From: Candidatus Latescibacterota bacterium
GTDB taxonomy: Bacteria; Latescibacterota; CBDEFO01
Direction: 5' to 3'
Assembly: GCA_965237525.1 (NCBI GenBank)
Contig: CBDEFO010000008.1
Span: 1,696,001-1,760,000, forward strand
DNA: 64,000 nucleotides
In this document: piece after piece, positions 55,320-64,000 of the stretch
How positions within the stretch are numbered: position 1 is the first letter of the stretch
Layout of the letters: each line of letters opens with the position of its first letter
Notes under the pieces: model-generated
Database searches by the model: none
What the model was told of the DNA's origin: nothing
The model's input: only the letters and a program-made list of their open reading frames with translations
Made by a program: the position numbers and the translations under genes

Positions 55320-56316
55320 CTCTGTCTTTCTTATACTCCTTGGTGCTGAAGAGAATATCGTAACGGGTAATTCCCGTCCGATTTGAGATCTCTTCAGCTG
55401 TTTGTTTACACTGATCCACCTTCTTTGCATGGATCATAGTAAAGAGATTATACGGCCAATCAGGATATGTGGGACGCTGGTAACAGTGGCTTATCTGGGG
55501 GAAGGACATGGTTTCCTTTACCAGCTGTTCGATCTTGTCTTCAGGGGCTACCCATACTGCCATGCCATTTGCCGAAAATCCCGCCTTTCTGTGTCTCAGG
55601 ATGCCGCTGAAGCGGCGCATAAATCCTCTCTCAATCAACTCTTTTGCTTTATCTATTATTCCCGTTTGAGTTGTTCCTAACCTTTTAGCCATTCCTACAA
55701 ACGGAAACTCCGCTATCTCCAGGTCCTTTTGAAGCTCTCTTATCGACTCCTTGTCCTGTTGGGTGATGGAATCGGGGCTATCCGGTTTACGAGCTTCCAG
55801 AGAATCCGGGTTGTCCTTTTCCTGAGGCTTTGAATCTCCATTATCCGTCATATCTAACTTCACACTGATCTTAAAGAGCCTCAGGTTTTTCAATATGATA
55901 TACTTTTCCACACCGTCTTCCTTTGCCGCTTCCTCTACATCGCGCTCAAGGCTCCCATCGGGTGGGACAGCTATCGTAAACCACAGATTATAAGCGTGAT
56001 TCCGCTTGTAGTTGTGGCTGACCCCGGGATGCCTGTTCAAGACCTGTGCGACATCGGCTATCTTGTTCGGATCGATCCTCATCGCCACCAGGGAACTTTT
56101 GTATCCAAGAGCCCTTGTATCAAAGATGGCGCTGATCTGGCGGACTATCCCACCATCCTTTTTGAGATCCAGGATTCGATTTATTGCCTCATCTTCAGAG
56201 ATACCCACTTTACCTCCAACGGCCTCAAACGGCCTTACTACAAGTGGGAAATCCCACTGCATAACGTTCAAAATCTTCTTGTCGATCCCATCGAGTTCTC
56301 TTACGAGCTTCGCCAC
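55300..56316 (-). CDS. Fused siroheme decarboxylase AhbA/AhbB (NirDL-like)
   Basis: Two Lrp-like halves: HPGVSHNYKR..YNLWFT and SHCYQRP...WPYNLFTMIH. Confidence 0.9.
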   Translation of the reverse strand: MAKLVRELDGIDKKILNVMQWDFPLVVRPFEAVGGKVGISEDEAINRILDLKKDGGIVRQISAIFDTRALGYKSSLVAMRIDPNKIADVAQVLNRHPGVSHNYKRNHAYNLWFTIAVPPDGSLERDVEEAAKEDGVEKYIILKNLRLFKISVKLDMTDNGDSKPQEKDNPDSLEARKPDSPDSITQQDKESIRELQKDLEIAEFPFVGMAKRLGTTQTGIIDKAKELIERGFMRRFSGILRHRKAGFSANGMAVWVAPEDKIEQLVKETMSFPQISHCYQRPTYPDWPYNLFTMIHAKKVDQCKQTAEEISNRTGITRYDILFSTKEYKKDRVRYFVD

Positions 56317-56355
56317 AGTTGGATCTCCGTCCTTTCTTGCTTTTCGAGGGCGCTG

Positions 56356-57741
<1,386 letters not shown>

Positions 57742-57841
57742 CTACCTCCGCATTTTAAAATAACGCCGCCAAGCTCGCAAAGGTCAACATCCTATCTGAC
57801 CCGAACTCACCGCTCATTGCTTGCTTATCCCAAGAATTTGG

Positions 57842-57870
57842 TTGACACTTAACAGCTTATGTTCTATATT
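57842..57870 (+). promoter_or_regulatory. sigma70-like promoter
   Basis: TTGACA-N17-TATATT. Confidence 0.55.
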
Positions 57871-57943
57871 TCAAATCCCTCAAGGTTTTTCAAAGCAGAA
57901 TATCCGCTGTAAATAGACTATCTGATTGACAGGAGAACCACAA

Positions 57944-58780
57944 ATGAGTAGCAGTGTCTTTTTCCTCGTATTTAGCCAGCTTTCCATAGGTGGGGCGGTG
58001 GTACTTACGATCGTTCCCGCCTATGTGTGGAGAGGGTTTTTCAGAGCTGTAGGCTTTTTGCTTTTGATAGTATCGACATTAAGCCTATTGACCGCCCAAT
58101 CGCCATTTGAAGAAAGCGGAATAACCTTCTCGTCAATGACCAAACTTGTATCAGATTGGAGCGGGCGGCAATATCTTTTCTTTCTCCTGTTCTCTATTCT
58201 TTTTCTAGTGTATAATGTGGCCTTACAGCTTCAAAAAGAGCAATTGATGAGATATTCTATACGGCTCTGTGCTCTGATGGGCAGCTGTGCGCTATTTAGC
58301 AAAGCCATGTCGTATCTAACACCTTCAACGCTCTTGTGGGAAAGCATTGTCATCCCGGCTAACTTTTTCCTCTCCTCTCTGTCTTTAGGTTTAGTTCTGG
58401 ATGCCATGATACTGGGACACTGGTACTTGGTCGAGCCTAAATTCACACTTGTTCCTTTAAGACGCTTAAGCAGACTTCTGCTTATCTGTCTTGGGATACA
58501 GAGTATTTTATTTATATCCAATCTTATCCTTCGGTCTGAGGCAGCCGAAAGCATGCTTTCTCCTTTAAGTTTCTCTGGAATATGTTTTTGGGGCAGGATA
58601 GGCGTCGGGATAGTCGGAACTCTGCTGATAATGGCCGCCACACTTTACACGCTTAGAGATCCTGCCCATCGCTCTGCTACGCAGGCTGCCACAGGGCTGC
58701 TCTACGTTGCAGTTCTCTTTGTTCTTGTGGGCGAGCTCTTTTCGAAATTCTTCTTCCTTACCACCTCCGTTGCACTTTAG
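57944..58780 (+). CDS. Polytopic membrane protein (DmsC/NrfD-anchor-like)
   Basis: About 8 TM segments; FSQLSIG, AMILGHWYL, ATQAATGLLY..VGE. Confidence 0.65.
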   Translation: MSSSVFFLVFSQLSIGGAVVLTIVPAYVWRGFFRAVGFLLLIVSTLSLLTAQSPFEESGITFSSMTKLVSDWSGRQYLFFLLFSILFLVYNVALQLQKEQLMRYSIRLCALMGSCALFSKAMSYLTPSTLLWESIVIPANFFLSSLSLGLVLDAMILGHWYLVEPKFTLVPLRRLSRLLLICLGIQSILFISNLILRSEAAESMLSPLSFSGICFWGRIGVGIVGTLLIMAATLYTLRDPAHRSATQAATGLLYVAVLFVLVGELFSKFFFLTTSVAL

Positions 58781-60207
58781 ACTGCAGCGGGAGGTCTTAG
58801 AGATTGGAGTTCCATTCCGCACGTTTTAGAGGTCGGAAATACCTTGCCGGGATTGCACAGGCCATCGGGGTTGAAGGCGGCCTTTAACTCCTTCATAACC
58901 TCCATGTCCGCATCGCTGAAGATCAGTGGCATATAGCTTACTTTTTCTATTCCGATGCCGTGCTCACCTGTGATCGTCCCTCCGACATCTACGCACACCT
59001 TTAGAATCTCCCCACCTGCCTTCAGAACACTTTGTACCTCCTCTTCATCCCTCTCGTCAAAGAGGATAATAGGATGCAAATTGCCGTCTCCTGCGTGGAA
59101 CACGTTAGCGATTCTCAAAGAGTACTTTTGGGCTATCCTTGCTACCTCTTGAAGGACCTCTGGAAGTTTTGTCCTTGGGACTACTCCGTCCTGGGTGCAG
59201 TAGCTGGGGCTTAGGCGACCCACAGCGCCGAACGCTCCCTTTCTGCTCTTCCACAAAAGTTGTCTTTCCACTTCGTCCTTTTCCACCTGGATCTTGGAGG
59301 CGTTGTTCTCGTTGAAGATCTGGATGACTCTCTCTTTAAGAGTGTCTATGCCCGTCTCCAGACCGTCAAGCTCCACTATTAAGGCCGCCTTTGCGCCTTC
59401 GGGAAAGCCGAAGTGATACGCGGCCTCCACAGCTTCGATGATAAGTTCATCCATCATCTCTAAAGCCGCAGGTAGGATGCCTCTGCCTATAATCCCCGAC
59501 ACAGCGTTGCTTGCGTCGTCTACACTGTCGAAGATCGCCAGCAAAGTCCTGAAAACTTCGGGTCTTCTTGAAAGCCGTACGATTGCCTCAGTCACGATGC
59601 CGAACGTCCCCTCAGACCCTACAATCACGCCTGTAAGATCGTATCCCGGACTGTCGACTGCCCTCCCGCCTAAATGGACTATCTTTCCATCTGGCAGGAC
59701 CATTTCAACTCCTAACACGTGATTTGTGGTCACACCGTACTTTAGAGTGTGTGGTCCTCCCGAATTTTCAGCTATGTTACCTCCGATGGTGCACGCCTGC
59801 TGACTGGAGGGGTCGGGAGCATAAAGATAACCCCTATCTTGCACCTCTTCTGTAACCCATAGATTCACAACCCCTGCCTCGACAACCGCGATCTTATTTT
59901 CCAGGTCCACCTCTAAAATTCTATCCATCCTGTTAAGGGCTATCATGATCCCGCCATCTACGGGGAGGCATCCTCCGCTTAGGCCTGTCCCTGCACCTCT
60001 TGGGATAAACGGGACTTCCTCTCTGTTTGCATACTTTACAATCTTTGATACCTGTTCTGTGTTCTGAGGAAAGACCACGACGTCCGGCAACGACTTCTCT
60101 ATAGTGTATCCGTCGCACTCATAGACGGCCAGTTCGTCCTCCTGGTGGACCAGGTTCCCTGCTCCTACTATCTTTTCAAGTTCCTTTACAAGCTTCTGTT
60201 TATCCAA
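58777..60207 (-). CDS. glcD: FAD-linked oxidase, glycolate oxidase subunit GlcD
   Basis: RGAGTGLSGG, PDPSSQ..CTIGGN, HAGDGNLHP, GEHGIG, NPGK. Confidence 0.92.
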   Translation of the reverse strand: MDKQKLVKELEKIVGAGNLVHQEDELAVYECDGYTIEKSLPDVVVFPQNTEQVSKIVKYANREEVPFIPRGAGTGLSGGCLPVDGGIMIALNRMDRILEVDLENKIAVVEAGVVNLWVTEEVQDRGYLYAPDPSSQQACTIGGNIAENSGGPHTLKYGVTTNHVLGVEMVLPDGKIVHLGGRAVDSPGYDLTGVIVGSEGTFGIVTEAIVRLSRRPEVFRTLLAIFDSVDDASNAVSGIIGRGILPAALEMMDELIIEAVEAAYHFGFPEGAKAALIVELDGLETGIDTLKERVIQIFNENNASKIQVEKDEVERQLLWKSRKGAFGAVGRLSPSYCTQDGVVPRTKLPEVLQEVARIAQKYSLRIANVFHAGDGNLHPIILFDERDEEEVQSVLKAGGEILKVCVDVGGTITGEHGIGIEKVSYMPLIFSDADMEVMKELKAAFNPDGLCNPGKVFPTSKTCGMELQSLRPPAAV

Positions 60208-60425
60208 AGAAGATCATCCGATTGGTACAGCGGTGCAGGTCATGCCTGCCATATTTCCTTCTAAATTGATGTTGAATGCAGTCTTCTCCACTGCAGCCGA
60301 GTTTTCGTTACTATAGATCGGCCCGATGCGAAGAAGAAGGGCAGGGGCTGCGACTGAAAATGTGTCTATCAAGTTCATCTGCATCATCTGCTTACGAGGA
60401 AATATGTTTCTGACCTTTGTCTGGG

Positions 60426-61406
60426 TTATCTCCTTACCGACGGGAGATCTTTGAAGTAGAAGCGAGTCTCCACCCACTTATGCGCACGACCGTCTATCTC
60501 TACATAGGGATAGATAAAATAGTTGATCGGTTCTCCTTCAGGTGGAGGGGTGAGCACGATATCGCGGCCCACCGAAAGCTGCACCCGATTCTCGTCGTGT
60601 GCTCCGAAATAGTAGTCGAATAACTCCGGGTGCTTGCTGGCCTCCGAACTGTCCACCGGCCACCAACCGAGCTCCGTCAGGTGGAGCGCGGCCCAGCAGT
60701 GGTAGCCTGAGATCGCTCCGCTGCCCCGCGCATGAGGTAGTGGGAAGCCGATCTCGAACTGGGAAGGGATGCCCACAGCGCGGGCCATACCGATCAACAG
60801 GGCATGAAAGTCAGTGCAATTCCCCCGGCGCACCGTGCACGCGTAGAGGGCGTCACCCTGTCCCCATCCCTCTCCACTCTTATCGTAAGTGACATTCCGA
60901 CTCACAAAGTCGTAGATCGCCCGGGCATTCTGAAGGTCGGTCGTCGCCTCAACGGTTACGCCAGCAGCCAGTCGGGCGACCACACCGTCGATCGGCACCA
61001 GCCGGTTTGGAGAGAGAAACTGCTCCAGGTGGGCTGTTGCCACGCCGTCCGACCCTTCTGGGCGGCGTTCCTTTCGAAGAACCGTAAACTGCATCCGGAC
61101 CGAAACTTTCTGCTGCCGGGGAGGCTGGGCACGCAGGTAAAGAATAGCGTTGCCGTAGTCCAGATCGCGGGTTACCCGAGTCGCGTAATCGGCCTCTACC
61201 TTCACCTCTCCGATGTTCTGATATGGGTCGGACTCCGGATAGGGCAGCCAGACCTCTACCCGCCTTGCGCCCTCCGGGATGTTCCGCACTTCTGCCTCGT
61301 ACGTGAACTCAAAAAAGCGTTGCCGCGGCTCTTCCATGGCGGCAGATGCCGACGCCGCAGCGGCCAGGAGGCCGCAGAAGATCAGGCTCTTTTTCGTCGA
61401 ACTCAC
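60426..61406 (-). CDS. Exported transglutaminase-like protein
   Basis: Signal peptide; GNCTDFH, YHCW, PVD triad. Confidence 0.9.
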   Translation of the reverse strand: MSSTKKSLIFCGLLAAAASASAAMEEPRQRFFEFTYEAEVRNIPEGARRVEVWLPYPESDPYQNIGEVKVEADYATRVTRDLDYGNAILYLRAQPPRQQKVSVRMQFTVLRKERRPEGSDGVATAHLEQFLSPNRLVPIDGVVARLAAGVTVEATTDLQNARAIYDFVSRNVTYDKSGEGWGQGDALYACTVRRGNCTDFHALLIGMARAVGIPSQFEIGFPLPHARGSGAISGYHCWAALHLTELGWWPVDSSEASKHPELFDYYFGAHDENRVQLSVGRDIVLTPPPEGEPINYFIYPYVEIDGRAHKWVETRFYFKDLPSVRR

Positions 61407-61581
61407 ATTATGCTCTCCGGAGTTTCCTTCAGGAAACGTGTGGAAATCGACTCCTCCCGCGCGGAATTAGCAAGTTGCAACGGCTTTGAAGCCCCTGGAG
61501 GCCACCATCAAGAAGAAGCGCGCAGACACGGAGCATAAGAGGGCGGCGCAAAGCAGAGCCCACGTTTTACCGCTCTCAGCT

Positions 61582-62079
61582 TTACTGGCGTTTCCAGACA
61601 CCCTGCTCTTCTTTCCACGTGTAACGGGCGATTCCACCCACTTTGTGGATCGTGATCTCGTTCACCTGCAGGCCGGATTCGGACTTGCGCATAAAGAAAT
61701 CCAGATCGTAAAGACGATTCTCAGGCGTCTTGAAATCTGCGCAGGCAAAATAGAGATCCTTGCCCACCTTGGCAAGGCGGTCATCGTGAACGCGGTCCAG
61801 AGTCAGTGTGAGGGCCTTCCGGTCCTGTCGGTCATAGATTAGAAAAAACCCCCCCTTCAGCGCGGCGTCCCCTTTAAGGTAGTCTGAAATGTCCCGGGCC
61901 AGGGTCTCTCTTGTCACCATGGGCTCTTGTTCTTCAGGGTGTTCCTGGGTATGCTCTTCAGCGTGTTCTTGGGGATGTTCCTCAGGGTGTTCCCCCGCCA
62001 TCAGAGCGGAACCCGTAACCAGAACTGCTATTGTCACCAGGACAATGCACATGGCCCGTAACTGTGTCAACCTAGTCAT
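61582..62079 (-). CDS. Exported hypothetical protein with EH(P/A/T) repeats
   Basis: Signal peptide then GEHPEEHPQEHAEEHTQEHPEE; FACADF..YDLDF. Confidence 0.8.
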   Translation of the reverse strand: MTRLTQLRAMCIVLVTIAVLVTGSALMAGEHPEEHPQEHAEEHTQEHPEEQEPMVTRETLARDISDYLKGDAALKGGFFLIYDRQDRKALTLTLDRVHDDRLAKVGKDLYFACADFKTPENRLYDLDFFMRKSESGLQVNEITIHKVGGIARYTWKEEQGVWKRQ

Positions 62080-62935
62080 CGTTACCTCCCTTTATATTGT
62101 CTTGCCGTATCTTTTCTGCTTTTCCCTTCATTTTTCCCACCAGGTCTCGGGACACTCCGAAGCTCCCCATCGGCGGAGCGCCATCCTTGGCGTGAAAGTC
62201 GGATCCCGCTGTTTCCAATAGATCGTGTTTGCAGGCGATCTTTCTATATCTTTGAACCTGCCTCTGGTCGTGCTTGGGATGCGCTACCTCGATGCCATCT
62301 ATACCAAAGGATATAATTTCCTCCACAGTACCATCGGAAAGGGCGATCCCAGGATGAGCTAAGACTGCCAATCCTCCTGCAGAATGTATAAGGTTGATAG
62401 CATCTTTCGGAGAGATCCTGAACTTATCCGCGTAAGCTGTTCCGTTGTAGCCTATGTAGCTATCGAACGCTTCCTGAGTAGTCCTGACAAATCCCCCTTC
62501 GACCATGACTTCTGCGATGTGAGGTCTGCCCACAGAGCCACATCCCGACTTTTTGAGGACCTCTTCTATAGTAATGCCGACGCCCAAGCTATTCAATATC
62601 TCCACCATCTTTTCTGCTCTTCTTACTCGTGCATCTCTAAATTTACCGATGTAGCTCACGAGTCCCTCATTTTTGTAGTCGATAAGATAGGCTAAGATAT
62701 GGATGTCCCTGCTGCTGTACTCTGAGCTTAGCTCCAATCCTGGGACTATCTGGACGTCGGATTGCTCTCCCAATCTTAACGCTTCATCGATCCCGTCCAC
62801 GCTGTCGTGATCGACAATGCTTATAGCCCTTAAGCTCGCTTTCACGGCAGTTTGGACTAGTTCATCTACACTGCAGTTACCGTCCGAATATGTCGAGTGG
62901 ACGTGCAGATCCGCCCATATAGATACATCTGCCAC
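62072..62935 (-). CDS. PHP-domain phosphoesterase
   Basis: DLHVHSTYSDG, DHD, GRPHIA, LAHP, GSDFH. Confidence 0.93.
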   Translation of the reverse strand: MADVSIWADLHVHSTYSDGNCSVDELVQTAVKASLRAISIVDHDSVDGIDEALRLGEQSDVQIVPGLELSSEYSSRDIHILAYLIDYKNEGLVSYIGKFRDARVRRAEKMVEILNSLGVGITIEEVLKKSGCGSVGRPHIAEVMVEGGFVRTTQEAFDSYIGYNGTAYADKFRISPKDAINLIHSAGGLAVLAHPGIALSDGTVEEIISFGIDGIEVAHPKHDQRQVQRYRKIACKHDLLETAGSDFHAKDGAPPMGSFGVSRDLVGKMKGKAEKIRQDNIKGGNDD

Positions 62936-62979
62936 ATATCGCCCCTTCCCATCAGGACTTTTCAGCAAAGATTATTGTG

Positions 62980-63999
62980 CTAATATTGTATACACTCAGA
63001 ATCTACAACGTTCGGGTAGCTGTACTCCTTCCCTTCGTAGTTTCTCAGTATTATCTCATCCCCGTTGGATTCCACTACGTAATTGGGAAGAATCGGAATC
63101 TTGCCGCCACCTCCGGGGGCGTCTATTACGTAATGGGGTATGGCCATCCCGGAGGTGAAGCCCTGCAGGGACCTCATGATCTCCAGGCCTTTCTCCACGG
63201 ATGTTCTGAAGTGCTCTGTCCCTGTGACGAGGTCCGCCTGATAAAGATAATACGGTTTGACTCTAATTGCAAGGAGCTTTTGCATGAGCTCCTTCATAAT
63301 CTGGGGGTCGTCGTTTACGCCCTTTAGGAGCACTGCCTGATTCCCCAGAGGGATTCCTGCATCCGCTAACATCTCACATGCCTTTGTAGCCTCTGCTGTT
63401 ACCTCATCGGGATGGTTAAAGTGCGTGTTGATGTAGAGCGGGTGGTATTTTTTCAATACCTTGCACAGATCGGGGGTTATGCGCTGAGGGAGGGCGCAGG
63501 GGACCTTGGAGCCTATCCTTAAGATCTCCAGATGAGGTATGCTCCTTAAAGACCTCAGGATGTAATCGAGCCTGTCGTCAGAGAGCATCAGTGGATCGCC
63601 GCCCGAAAGGATCACGTCTCTTATCTCAGAATGATTTCGTATATATTCGATTCCCTGGTTTACGTGTTCCTTCGAGAAGAACTCGGGCTGGCCGACCTTT
63701 CTTTTTCTTGTGCAGAATCTGCAATATATGGGACACTGATAGTTTACGTAGAAAAGCACCCTGTCCGGATATCTATGAGTCAGGTTCGGAACGGGACTGT
63801 CCTTCTCTTCACCTAATGGATCATCTACTCCTATGGGATCTAAAGTCTCCTCGATTACAGGGACAGTCTGTTTCCAGAACGCATCTCCCTTCTCCTTTAT
63901 CAGATCGAGCCAGTACTTATTTATCCTTATCGGGAACTCTTGGCTGACTATTTCTGCGGCCTGTTTGTCTACATCGAAATGCCTATCCAATTGCTCGGC
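62980..63999 (-). CDS. KamA-family radical SAM (lysine 2,3-aminomutase-like), 5' end outside the window
   Basis: HRYPDRVL, CPIYCRFCTRKR, LSGGDPL, NQAVLLKGVND, DAPGGGGK; frame open to the window edge. Confidence 0.93.
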   Translation of the reverse strand, partial: AEQLDRHFDVDKQAAEIVSQEFPIRINKYWLDLIKEKGDAFWKQTVPVIEETLDPIGVDDPLGEEKDSPVPNLTHRYPDRVLFYVNYQCPIYCRFCTRKRKVGQPEFFSKEHVNQGIEYIRNHSEIRDVILSGGDPLMLSDDRLDYILRSLRSIPHLEILRIGSKVPCALPQRITPDLCKVLKKYHPLYINTHFNHPDEVTAEATKACEMLADAGIPLGNQAVLLKGVNDDPQIMKELMQKLLAIRVKPYYLYQADLVTGTEHFRTSVEKGLEIMRSLQGFTSGMAIPHYVIDAPGGGGKIPILPNYVVESNGDEIILRNYEGKEYSYPNVVDSECIQY

Positions 64000-64000
64000 G

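Overview
Bacterial chromosomal window. A dockerin-like GDFD...DF..F C-terminal domain and a PorV/SprF-like barrel suggest an FCB-group lineage such as Ca. Latescibacterota (inference only). It is mostly housekeeping and metabolic genes: def, larE, mcm, argH, NuoEF-like and FdhF formate dehydrogenase subunits, aconitase, cysE, ECF sigma/anti-sigma/HtrA, rnr, argRCBDG, nuoI, rny, fused ahbAB, thiC, glcD and a kamA-like gene. Accessory DNA is interspersed. (i) An island edge at the 3' end of tRNA-Val(GAC) carries an antitoxin/PIN pair and a large helicase-like gene missed by the ORF track. (ii) An IS1182-family element splits a radical SAM gene. (iii) A hard-to-classify 1302-bp DDE IS with GGTT...AACC ends sits inside a CAGTAGA repeat. 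(iv) There are two solitary HEPN-type defence genes and several pseudogenes. The most notable unexplained signals are a modular, nested dispersed-repeat family that supplies stop codons and in-frame peptide inserts, a sigma54-type promoter driving an unannotated 55-aa ORF, a sharply C-depleted segment inside the barrel gene, a ~400-nt structured leader, and an ATP-grasp/LarE/def gene string. No CRISPR array or rRNA was seen.
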